The notes under the pieces were generated by a model. It worked only from the letters and a program-made list of their open reading frames with translations. It ran no database searches and was not told the DNA's origin. From assembly GCA_000320545.1 (NCBI GenBank), contig ADNK01000138.1, forward strand, positions 1-56,688: DNA of 56,688 nt. The letters run 5' to 3'. The stretch comes from Bigelowiella natans CCMP2755 (taxonomy: Eukaryota > Protista > Cercozoa). Within the stretch, counting starts at the first letter, position 1; each line of letters starts with the position of its first letter. The position numbers and the translations under genes were made by a program. Positions 26,203-38,763 of this stretch are shown one piece after another.

Positions 26203-27262
26203 ATGGCAGATGATGAGTATCAACCTGGGGTTGAGCTGCCATCCCCTATTTATCTTGCCGTCTACATGGTCCTCGTCGCCTTTGGTGGACTTCTTTATTC
26301 AGCTAAAGTTTCCGTGACCAGCCCAGCTATGCGGAAAAAGGTAAAGATGATTGCATTTTTGCATCCAACGGGCTTCTTTCTCTGATTTTGGACGATGTGT
26401 CCACAGATAATGAAAGACTTTGGAGTCAGATTAGGAAAAGTAGGGAAGACTTTGAAAGAGATTGAGCGCAAAACCTTCCATCTGTAAGTGCGAGATACAT
26501 TTGATGGCAGTTTTATTTTTATATAGAATTTTTATAATGATAAGGTGTGGACTACTCGTTCCATTAATATTCGCTCTACTTCTTGAAGCGGGTTTCTCAA
26601 GATGGCTTTGTTCTAAGGTTCACACACTACCCAAAAATTCAATCATTTTGTTATTAGATTGTGCTTTGCAGATCTGTTGGGTGCTGACCATAACGGGATG
26701 GACAATTGATATCCTGAGAGTAATGACAAATTTAATTTTCCATCATCATATTAATTGAAAGTTCATATCAGCTCAACGTCAAATTTGTGAAAGATAATTT
26801 CCCTTTAAACCCTATTCTTCGTGAGAAAGAGAAGAATCAGCTCAGCGGGGCGTGCTACTTCAGGTACGTACAACGACGATCGATTTTCGAGCTAGCAGCT
26901 AGTTATTAAAAAGATGATGATGATGATGAGCGAGGAGGGCTTATTAAACCTATGCCATTTATCAGCCTAGGATGTACCTTGGCCATATCATTCTTTCCTC
27001 CAGCAGTTGCTATGACCTCAATATTATTTTTGGTAAGTTGGTTAACGGGGAATGTGATTGGTGCATACCAAATAATCTGATTATTGTCTCCTCCTCAAAG
27101 TCTTTCCTACTACATGTAGGTGCTTGGAGACATGTCAGCAGCATTGATTGGAAGAAGCTTCGGTGGAGATGTGGTTGTGGTCAAGGTGAGTCACACAGCT
27201 GTTCTCTTTATGCCCTCTCACTACCTCCCTTACCTCTCATTTGCTTGCCGCTAGCACTTGCG

Positions 27263-27304
<42 letters not shown>

Positions 27305-27976
27305 TTCATTGAGTCATTCATTGATTATGCGTCGTGATACTACCACACCAAAAAGCTTGGACGTGAAGGGAAGAAGTCCGTAGAAGGATCTGTAGCCATG
27401 TTCATAACCTGCTTCATACTGGGGTGCACAGTCTTTAGCACGGTATTTAATGTAAATTACTTAATGCTACTTAACATCTTTAAGGATGACCAGGGTAATG
27501 ATGATTACTCGTTCTAATAGTTGTCCATCTTGACACTATATGTAGGTGCATCTAAGAGAATACCCCGTTGTAGTTGGTGCTTTTGTTGCGACGTTGACAG
27601 AGCTGTGAGTCCTCCTTTCTCCACGACTCTTTCTTTTCACACACACACACACACACACACACATGTACGGTAAAGGTATGAGCCATTCGGACTGAACGAC
27701 AACTTGACAATACCTCTCTTGAGCTCACTTGCTCTCACCTGGGGGTTTGCTCGGATACATAATTGTGTAAGAGAGAACCCAGTTACAGGTATCATCGTTA
27801 GTATGTATGTAGCACCTACGAGAGTAATTAGTAGTACTACTACTACTAGTAGTAATTGAAGAACGCTAAGTGTGCTGGTGGAAAAGACAATTACTTTGAG
27901 TCGAACATGTAATAAATGTAATTGTCATTATTATGGCCTATATCTAGGACCTCTACTGTGGTATTCCCACCATTGA
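26203..27976 (+). CDS. CTP-dependent diacylglycerol kinase (Dgk1-like) / dolichol-phytol kinase family membrane protein
   Basis: Spliced motifs ERKTFHLCG, LREKEKNQLSGACYF, LGDMSAALIGRSFG, GKKSVEGS and LNDNLTIP match the CTP-transferase-like kinase family; about 11 short exons. Confidence 0.85.
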
Positions 27977-28559
27977 AAGTAGTCCCATTTGGAAGATAAT
28001 CTTGAAGAAGAAGGATACTACCAATTTCGCACCTGTCATTCAATATTATTCCAAACCAACAAAACTGTACAGTGTGACTGTCAAATTATGCCATTTGCTT
28101 CGATGGTGACTAATTTGTTCCAACCACATCACAACGATCACATCTACGCTTTCCAATCCCGCCAAGCCTAATTGTTTAAATACTTGTTGCGGGTATTATG
28201 TACCCATTACGTTTGATATGGCAAAGCTTCTCCCTTAATCAATAAGGAAAATATGTATGTACACGGATCTTCATTATTGCAAGATTAGTTTGGACTGAGA
28301 AGCGTAAAATTATTCACAAAGCACTTTATTGTTGCCATGTTGCTTGGATCCAGCCTATGAGCTAATATCCAGACAAACAGTGGATGCGTTTTAGCATTGG
28401 GTCAGCGATGGTTTGAGCACAGATATAAATATGTACATCTTGGTAGCAGCGCAGCCTCATTTCCTCGCGATACACGGTCGTTGTGCATTTTGTTATTGCA
28501 CTGTAGACATGCTCGCATGCATCCATCCATTCATGGTGCACAACCCTGTTCTAGTGTTG

Positions 28560-29710
28560 ATCAACACGCGCTCGCATCGCTATAGATCGTCGCGATAACC
28601 ACGCTAACACGCCCCACTAGCCTAGCGCCATGTATATAGCCTTACCGGGACTGTGGAGCGTACCCGCTTTAAGACGCCTGTTCTTTAGGACATGCGTGAC
28701 AAAGCTAGCAAGGCTCATCAGCTCATATGTGCTTCATAATGATTTCGCATGCAATCATGCATGCGAACAATAATTTCGTTGAGATTCGCAAAATCTAAAG
28801 AATCTAGCTAGCTAGCCCATCTAGCTATCTAGTAGCTCTAGAGCTCCATGGTGATGCATGCGAACTAGCAGATGGAGCGCACAGCTCGCTAGACTTACCT
28901 GCAGCTCACGCAATTTGTGTTGGCTACAAAGCTATCATAGCTATAGCTAGCAGCGTTGCAATGAGGCCATCGCGCTGGCCATTCTAGCACTCTAGCTAGC
29001 TAGTGCTACACGTGCACGTACTGGTGTCACCGTGTCGGTCCCCACATGGCCGTGCTAGCATGGCGGCCGGACAGCTCTAGCGGAGCTGTCGATCACGCAT
29101 CCATCGCGTGTGTGCAAGCACTGTGCATGCCACCATGGCATGTGAGCACTGTGTGTATGCAAGGCGGATGTAATCAATCAAATTAAAATTTGTTCAATGC
29201 ACATCCTCATGCATCTGTGTGCATGTGATCTAGTGATTTATTTGCATCGTCGCAGCTAGCTCTAGCTACCTAGAGCTAGCTGTGGGCTAGGGCGACGAAA
29301 GTGTAGTTGCAGACACAACAATCATTTGTGTGAGGGTATTAGTACGTTGTGAAGGCTAGCTGTGCGAGGGCATGTACGATATTACGTGCGTACGCGTGTG
29401 AGGGCTGGAGGGATAGCTAGCTAGCTAGCCACACGCGCGTACGCGCACACTCGCGCCGCCACACATTGTGCTAGCATGCATGCATGCTGTGCTATATGTG
29501 AGCGTGGTGTTGTGTAGATGTACGTCCACAGTGCTGATCGACGCATGGCAAGTCAATAAGGCATATGACATATTGCTGCTAGACGACTGCTCCCGCCGGT
29601 CATCGCCAATATGAAAATTTATGCACGCATATGGACACAAGCATCGACACAAATTAGGGTCATGCACTCCTGCAAAATGCTTACACCATCATGAGCAATG
29701 CAACGTCTAG
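28560..29710. other. CTAG-rich, partly TpA-depleted intergenic island
   Basis: Runs of ctagctagctag, gcatgcatgc and cacgtgcacg; few non-CTAG TA in ~28980-29300. Confidence 0.65.
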
Positions 29711-30167
29711 AAGTCGTACCAACAGCGCCACACATATAGCGAAAAACCGCTGGACCCTTATTATGCGATGCGAACGCAATTTCACCCGCCATAACCAAGG
29801 CATACGATGGAAAAAATACTGCATTCATGATGAAATTAAGCACGGTCCACAGTGTATGTCGGAAAATCTTCTTGCGTCAGGAAAACCATTGCACATTGTC
29901 TATTCGAACAGAATAATGTAACATCTAGGGCAAAAGTAAAAAGCTGTCATTCATTCGATTTTGATGAGGGAAATAGTTGCCTCTTCGTTCGAATGTGATG
30001 AGAGGTGATCCTACTGAAAAAGAAATGCGTCAACACACGCCTGTGTACTTTATTCAAATCTCTGAGCAGCTTGAATCTCCCTTGGTAGATTCATCTTGAG
30101 AATTCGACTGTGACTGGAAGCTTAATTTTGAAATAGAAGAACGGTGGTGCTGACTGATGCGATTGGC

Positions 30168-30595
30168 TCATGAATCTTCATCGTCGACCCATCCAAGTTC
30201 TCCTCGAGACAACTGATAGCATTTATCTTCCATGTTCGCATCCTAATCAACATCAACGCAACAAACAGCGATTAGCGAATAATTCTATCTCAAGAACAGA
30301 ACGGATGTAAACAAATGAATTTGATTCCGGGTTGTGACACAAATTTATCACCTTTGTTGATTTCTTCACAACAACACAGAATCCACGTTCCAACTTTGTA
30401 TCACCATTCACATAGGTCTCAATTGATTCTCCCTAAACATCATAATATTGGATCACGATGAAGAAGTCCATAAAATATAACATTTAACTTGAGTTTGACT
30501 GATGTTAATCATTAATTTAAGTTGTTGCCTCTCTTCTCTTCTCCAAACCATGCTTCATCGTAAAGACTTATCATGTCGCACAAGAGAGAGAGAAC

Positions 30596-30648
<53 letters not shown>

Positions 30649-32191
30649 TGCTGCTTCTTAATAATAGACCAAATGGTAAGTCCTTCGTTTTGAAGTCCAA
30701 GATTCTTTAGAGCCTTGCCGTCGTATTCTTTTGGAATCTAATGAAAGAAGAAGGAAAAAAGGAGGACTTAGAATCATCATAAAATTGATATCATATTCAC
30801 TAATTCATCTGTCGTTAGCACCAAAATTTCAATGGGGAGAAGACTGAACTTTAAAAAACATTTGCAGCTAGGTAGTAGTGCATATTATATATTATTTTTA
30901 AGAAGAAGTGCAAAACCAGTAGTATTATCTTTGTTTTAGATGTAGGCATGAATGATTATAAAACAACACGACTCTCTCTGTCTCTCTCTTTCTCTAATTA
31001 TTGCCTATTTCACCAACTACCTGGACAACATGTAAGCAAGCTAGTAGTCGTAGCACTAAATGGCGAAGGAGCTGGTGCAAATCCTAATGAATGAATAAAT
31101 CAACAACATAATTAAAAAACGATTCAGCAGTTGTAGTAGTAGTAGTAGTAGTAGTATTTACGGTTCGTTCACCAAAAATGTTTCGCTTCATCTCGAGAAC
31201 ATTCACCATCATAGTCATCGTCATCATTATCATCATCTCTTCAACAAAATCAATTTTGAATTTTGAATTACAGATCCAGGTTGTTGACGCCGAACGAGGG
31301 AGAGCACGCGTTTTTTACCTCCTAGTATTGTGTTAATTAATATGTCATGATATATCATGGATGATATATCTCCTACACACACACACACACACACACACAC
31401 GCATATATAGTACTACTACCTTCTCTCTCCAAGACTACATTATGAGCAGTTGCAGAATCTTTGCTGTTGTCGTCAGCGGTCTTTTCTTCTTTAACTGTGG
31501 GCTTGACTATGCACATGAGTATGTCTCCATCCATAATACGGGTGTTGTGAGCATCCAAGAAAAGGTCAATAGCCCTGGTATTCAGACAACGACAACAATT
31601 AGAAGTATCCAAGAAAAGGTCAATAGCCCTTGTATTCAGACAACGACAACAACAACAACAACAACTACTACTATACTTGTGCTAGTGGTAACCACAAGAT
31701 ACCATAAGTATTAAGTGATAAATTGGTGTGTGTCAAATGATTTGTATGATACTTTTCGCCGTCCTTCTTTGAGTTTTTGCGTATAGAGTGCCAAGTCTTT
31801 GAGTGCCAAATTGCGCATATGGTGATGCCCTTCTCCTTTTGCAACTGGTATTATATGGTTAATCAATAAACAAAAACATATCAATGTCCTTTAATAACCA
31901 AATGTCAATTGAGATCTGCAACTGAATATATAATTATTTGTTTTCTTTGTTCTTACATTAAGGCTTAACGGAGTTGTAGTTGGCCCATTGAATTTGTACA
32001 TTGCAAAATTACGACTTTTATAATAATTGAAGACCGTGAAAAAATCCTACAGATCCGCCGCATATTCGCGTCGACGACACGTGCATACAACAACTTTTGT
32101 CAGTCAGTCAGTCAAAATTGATGTTGATTCGAATGGAGAGCATGCTTTGAATTGTTACGTATGTATGCACGATTATCTTTTTTCTTATTGG

Positions 32192-32224
<33 letters not shown>

Positions 32225-33989
32225 GATTGTTGTTTTTTGTTGTTATTCATTACAAAAGGGCCCAAGAATTTCTCATTGTAGAAGTTTGAGAGATTTGTGT
32301 CAAGAATATTCTGTCCTGTAGCACCACGACGGAAAAAATTGCTTTCCAATACATTGTTAATGCTTACAACTCCATCAATAGCTCGAATTCCTGATAAATA
32401 AAGCGCCATAAATATAAATTAAGTATTCGCCAAGAATATTGTAATATCTTGACATCGACGCCCTCCAAGCAACCAAGCAACCAACCACTGCAGATAATAG
32501 CTAGCTACTTAGCTACTACCAAGCTGCTGCCTACCTTTGAGGTCGTCTCTCATGGTTGTGTTTGAGCGAAGAGATCTTGTAGAGAAACCCATTGTAGGAG
32601 GCATGCTGTGCATCGGGGCTGTGATTTGCAATTTTATACTGTGTATGTTGCTGTTGAACAATAGTAGTACTAGTAGTTGTAGTGCTGCTACCAGAAAAAG
32701 TGTGTGTTATCAACTGGCATGACAAGAAATGCGCACGTGGTGAAGGGAAGGGAAGGGAAGGGAAGACAATTCGATAAAATTAATGAAATAAGAGTTTTAA
32801 GTGGATTGCATATTGCTGCTTAAAATCTATCTCAAGATGCTTGTTGAACGACATCGTGAATTATTATTATTATTATTATTATTATTATTTTGGTGTTTGA
32901 CCAGGTTGAAAGAAATCATCATGGAGTAGTTGCGAGGAGGATTCAGAAGCAGCAACCATATCTCCAAACTCAGTACCTATAGTATTAAATGTGTTAGACG
33001 AAGACAACAAACGACGACGACGACGACGACGACGACGACACATCAATTACTTAGGTTGCTACAGAATTGGGTTGTATGGTGATTTGTGGTTGATTACCAT
33101 TGAACAGATCTGCAGAGAACTCTCTGGCAACAAGTGTATTTGATGGCATGATATCTGGGTTGTTGTTGCCCTGGTGTTGTTGTATAGCCATTGCTGCTTG
33201 GGCTCGATGAGGATTACGATATGCATTGATGACATTCTCTTGAGATTGCTGTTGTTGCTGCTGCTGCATCATACTGGTGGGATTTGATGCTGCTGCTGCT
33301 GCTGCTGGAGAAATTTGTGATTGTGGTGGTAGTACTTGCATGGAGGACACATTGATACCAATTGTGTGTCCTGGTACCTCATGATGAGGGTGGTGGTGGT
33401 GGGTTAATTGTGGTGGTGCTGGATGATGATATTTGGAAGAACCAGCATGAGAAGAAGAAATCATCTTTGGATATTGAAAAGAGCCCGTCTGGCGAATTCA
33501 GTTATTATCGCACAAATAATAAGGTAATAGCCAGAAACAAGGACGTTAATGTTGTATAACTTAGAGAATTCAAAACATAATGACATATATCCACAGAAAC
33601 ATCATATCGAGTTGATTAACGGTTGTTTTCCAATAGAAAATGTAGTAGTAGTAGGCCTTCTGAGTCAATATTATTATTTATTTGTGGAAGGCTTGTATGT
33701 ATGGAGTACCGCAGAAATTCTAGCTGAAGCTGCTGGTGCATGATTACGTGCTGATGCTGTACCAGGTACTTTTCGTTTACGATTTGTCCTGAAGTTGATT
33801 AGACAGAGCACAGTTTGCCATTGATTCACGGAACAACGTAGAACAAAAATATAAGTAACATAACGACTGCTGCGGGTGCTGCTGCATATGGTTATTGTCT
33901 GTACTGTACGATGGCAGTGGCTACAAGTGATTATGATATTTCAAGTTTGAGCAGAAAGATAACATGCGTCTTAAATTATAATATACTTG

Positions 33990-34034
<45 letters not shown>

Positions 34035-34044
34035 TACACGCACG

Positions 34045-34076
<32 letters not shown>

Positions 34077-34514
34077 TAGTATATGTGTGGATATATGCGT
34101 GTGTGTCTCCATAATGCTCTTGCTACTGTGGTACTAGCGCTACCACGTCCACCATTGCTATTAATACTACTGCTACTAATACTACCACTACTACTGGTAG
34201 TACTATTTGATATCGAAATACGTATTACGTCTTTTTGGTGGAGAGAGAGCGATTTAATACGCCTTTCAAATCTTGGTAGTAAATGGACTCTGCATCGGCA
34301 TATACATACACTACGCCGCTCCCAGCTTGTGATGCATGTCCTTTGATCTCTTGCACGGCCTCCGGTGTCTAAAATGATCATGATGTTAAGGAAGGAAGGA
34401 AGGAGGATTGTTGCATAAAATAAATGGAACAACAACGACACTTTACCAAGATGGAAAAAACCTCATTATTTGAAACAATAATCCTCAAGTTCTCTTATTC
34501 TAAGATAATCTTGG

Positions 34515-34553
<39 letters not shown>

Positions 34554-34785
34554 TCGTTATTATTCGAAAGTGATTGAGATTCCAGAACTACATTGTCAGT
34601 CTTGTTGATCTTTGTATCGATGTTAAATCCCTAAGAGAAAATAGTTTCATGAGATTTAACAGATCAATTGATCTACCAGATTTCTTACAGCTACTTTGGA
34701 TAAATAACGTATTGTAAGCAAAGAGAAAAAAGCACTACGATATAAAAGATGATGATAAAACAGCGAAGAAGACGTTTTTGCATAT

Positions 34786-34826
<41 letters not shown>

Positions 34827-36167
34827 ACTACCTTCCCTTTCCACTTGTACAAAGCAAAATCATGTATGCCAAATTTGTAGCTGAACCACATGTCATTCGT
34901 AGGATTTTTGGGAGAATTTGGCCCAGTCGCGTATTGCGCCTTTGGTTGTCAATGGGACACACATATATAAACTTTAGTAATACTTCACCAAAGCAACCAC
35001 AAATTTAGAAGAAAGGGTATGGTACAGTATGGTACAGCAACCGGATACTGTAAGCATGGTCATGATTGAAATAAGAACGAGATAAGAACGTGCATATGGT
35101 TAGCATGTCACATTATTCACCCACAAATATACTACCGCATCATAATTGCCTTTAACAAAGAATATTTTCAATGGGGAATTCTTTCCAACACTAACATCCC
35201 TTGCCTAAAAAGAAGAACAATATATTGACGATAAATTAGGAATATGTTGATGCATATCAAAAAGGGGGTAATGTGAAATGATTCATAAAGAAAACAATGC
35301 AGAGTTCTGGTCATAACTTTCGTGTTATTTTCAGTAGTTTTATATCAGCAATTAAAGTATTTCCAGAAAATTTATTCAATAATTTAAATGAATTGAAGAT
35401 TGTAATTATTGCAAACGATGGGCATTTTTTTAGTTTTGATGGTGCCAAATATTCTGTGGCAATTGAATCTTTTACGCGCGACTAATCACATACCACAATG
35501 GAATGGCCATCGTGTCTGTAGGTGTACCAAAAATCCTTTTGATTAGGCTCCTTTTCTAACCGCTGATTTAAATTTGAATAGTAAAGGGCATGTACATCTC
35601 AATATAATGTGGATGCGTGCGTGAGTACATGTGATATTTGCATCTTTTGAACAGCAGCAAGCAGTATTTCATCATATACAAATTAGAAAAGATACAGTTT
35701 CCAGGGGCACGATAATCGTTCGTGATCTTGGAACTTTGAACTTGTTGCAAGATTTCTTTAGGATTGGAAAGCATCTTGTGCACAATCCTCTATCAGCTTC
35801 GGCGTTAGAGTGTTCCATATTTATACCGCCAACTTTATGGACCTTAACATAGAGCATTGGGTTGATAAAATTAATTATGCTGCTATCAAGGAACTTATCT
35901 ATTTAACTATCTGCTCGATTACATTGTGAACGAACGTCAACATTTTGGGGACAAATCTGAAAAAATAGTCTGTTTTTCAATACCCAACATGAGAAATGCT
36001 TTGTAACTCGGGGTGCCCTGTGAGCTCTGTCAGCCGAAGGGATACGAGCTGGAAACGTAGGCCTTTGCCCGCCTGTAGTATGGTTAGAATTATTATTCTT
36101 GTGGTATTATGGTCATTGTGTGGAAATCATCTTCTATGCGTGAGAGGAATCTGTGTCTTGGTTACAA

Positions 36168-36209
<42 letters not shown>

Positions 36210-36383
36210 AAATTGTGATGTGAAAGTAAAACTCACGGCAAGATGCGGGAGTATTGATGTAGGATACGAGTTTTTGCTCTAGATCCGACTGCTGACGTTG
36301 CCCCTGCTACATAAAAAGAAATTTATTGAGAGGAAAAACTGGGGATATGATTGAAGGGAAACCTGGAGGTAATAATCGGCCAT
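30168..36383 (-). CDS. Multi-exon hypothetical protein with a central Q/H/P-rich low-complexity region
   Basis: Candidate start MADYYLQ at 36383. Exons AGKGLRFQLVSLRLTELTGHPELQ, VHKVGGINMEHSNAEADRGLCTRC, TNRKRKVPG (NLS-like), ORF 33051-33464, GIRAIDGVVSINNVLES, DLHQLLRHLVLRLL; last exon DANMEDKCYQLSRGELGWVDDEDS*. Confidence 0.5.
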
Positions 36384-37353
36384 GATGAAGTATTCAGGGT
36401 CAGTGCTTTGTAGATTTAGTTACTTTTTGCCGCAAAGAAAGCTACCTGTAAATTAGAATCCAAATTTGTGAGGTAAATTTTTATGAGAAGGCAGAGACGC
36501 CCATTTAAGAGAGACATGAAAGAATGTTGATGTGAACACGCAACGATATGTTCAGAAAGTCAAGAGCAGATGTAATGTTTGTAAATGTACAAAAATGATG
36601 AAGTTTGTGAATGTACAAATATAAACGAAGTGGCATTATTCAAACACTACATGTTGATAACTGATGGCTAGGCATTGTCCTACCTCCTCTTTCAAAAGAA
36701 GTCCTCAAGGAGATTGATCAGGACGCCCTCCATCAGAACAGTAGAATGAACGGTCTTCCGACGATAGTTTCAGACTTTTCTCATGCATATTGAAACAAAA
36801 AGAAGTTAAAATTCCAGTCTGTTTATTCATTGATTCTCAATTGTGCTAATCCGGGTCCGAGAAAATAGTGTGGATGAAAGTGGAGGTCATTTGTACATTT
36901 TTGAACGATTTTTCAATGTTCACTGACAAGATTTGCGCGTGTATTGCATGCTTAATTCATGAAACGGCTAGATCTAATTTCGGTTTTCTCCGCCAAGCTT
37001 CCGTTTCCAACCGCCAGGGATCGCGTCCTAATGTTGAGCAAAAATCGGAGTCAGTTGTGTATGTCCGATGTCTTACGACTTGGACCTGATGAGCATGTGA
37101 CGTTCCTCTTTGGCGACATGGTGATTTCCTGGTCTCGGACACATTCGGACATGTCGGACAGTTTCAACATCCAGGATTTCCTGATTTCCTGCCTTCCAAT
37201 GGATGATGGATTTTTCTCCTTTCATTGGTTGAATCTCCCGAGAATCTCATGCGAAACTCAACCTTGGACATTTCAACCCCTGACATTTTCATTCAGCCAC
37301 CGGATGTTGTGGTTGGCGTGAAGCCAGTGCTTCTGATTGCAATGATGGGGGCT

Positions 37354-38755
37354 CAAGGGGGATTCTCACTCCCCCGGGTTTTGGTCCGTATCATGCTCGG
37401 CGGTTTTGCCCCGGCGTCAGCCGGGAAAATTTTTCGATTTCACCCCAAAAAATGCAAATTTTGTTCAAATTCCTCAATGTTTTCTTCAAAAACCATCCAC
37501 AAAGTGTCCAGTGAAATTGCCCAAGATGCACATTGGCGGAACTCTTGGCATCGTGTCTAGACCTGGGACATGCATTGATTCTGATTGATTCACACCCGAT
37601 TGAATCTGATTCAATCCGATTCTTCAAGGAGGTTTCACCCAATGAATCTGAATCAATCGATCCATCTGTCCACTCCATGGCTCCAGGCAAAGCACTTTCT
37701 CGCAAATGGGTTGCGAAATTGTCGGACGAGAAAGGAAATCCGTGTTGGAAATGCGTGTTGTGCCAAAAGAAAAATGGGGCACGGAGCAAGCATCAAGGAA
37801 TGAATCAGATTTGTGCGTCATCGCGATGTTGAAATCCAGACAGTGTGTCAATTTTGCTGCAAAAATTCTTGTGGTGAACATGCCACAACATGACATCATC
37901 ATGAAACCCGAATTGATCAAATCATTCGGAACAATTGATCAAATCCGTTTTGTTCTGGATGGCATTTCATCAAATCATGACTTGTCCCAGGCATGATCGT
38001 GTCACTGGGATGTCTCAGATGTGCCCAACCCACTTCCCTGGCGCATGCAGATTTGATCAATGCTTTGTTCATCGTTCATTGTTCATCATTCCCGCCCTTT
38101 CCATCGATGTGTGCACCAGCGTGTGTGACTGATCACGTGCGCAGCGTCGATCATCCAGTCGTGCGCGATGTCGCGACGTGTCTGGCTTCAATTTGATGAT
38201 GAAGTGACAAGTGTGCATCAGAGTGGGAAGCTGTGAGTGCTTGCGTGCGCGCGCGCTGGGCACGCACAAAGTGTGCCAGTGTGCGCCATCGCGCCCACAC
38301 GTCTTGCTCGTGCGTCCAATCCCAAGCAGCTCTGGAGCTGCGCGTCGCGCATCACATCCAGCTTCATTGATTGCCGCATCGGCACCGTGCAGGCCGCTAG
38401 GAGCCACACATCGAAAACTCACCAAAGTCAAAACCACCAAAAAAAAGCACTTTTTTGGCGCGGAAACGTTCAATTTTGCGAATTTTGGAGTGGAACTTCT
38501 GGAGGTGACGGAGTTGCTCTTGACACGGCCTCTGAGCATGTTTTTTTGAGCCAACGCGCAAAGGGGACCCTTTCCGCGGCACCCAAAGTTTTTGCCCTCG
38601 ATTTTTTTCCTTGAAAATCCACTTTTTTGCACCCCTTTCTGGACAATTCTGGACCTTCTCACACGTCCAGAAGTCTTCTGTGGTGCTTCGGAAGAAGTTT
38701 GGATTGGATTCCGAGCATGACACGGACCAAAACCCGGGGGAGTGAATCCCCCTTG
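37354..38755. mobile_element. Non-autonomous hAT-superfamily DNA transposon (1402 bp)
   Basis: TIRs at 37354-37400 (caagggggattctcactcccccgggttttggtccgtatcatgctcgg) and 38711-38755 differ by one substitution and one 2-nt indel. Perfect 8-bp TSD TGGGGGCT at 37346-37353 and 38756-38763. Internal W-K-C-x2-C-x-K (GNPCWKCVLCQKK, ~37735-37775) resembles a BED-finger remnant. Confidence 0.85.
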
Positions 38756-38763
38756 TGGGGGCT

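Noticed and set aside
34860-35530. UEV (TSG101-like) or SP-RING domain in the minus-strand gene
   Set aside because: Only a YPVAVP fragment resembled UEV; the surrounding exons do not fit either family.
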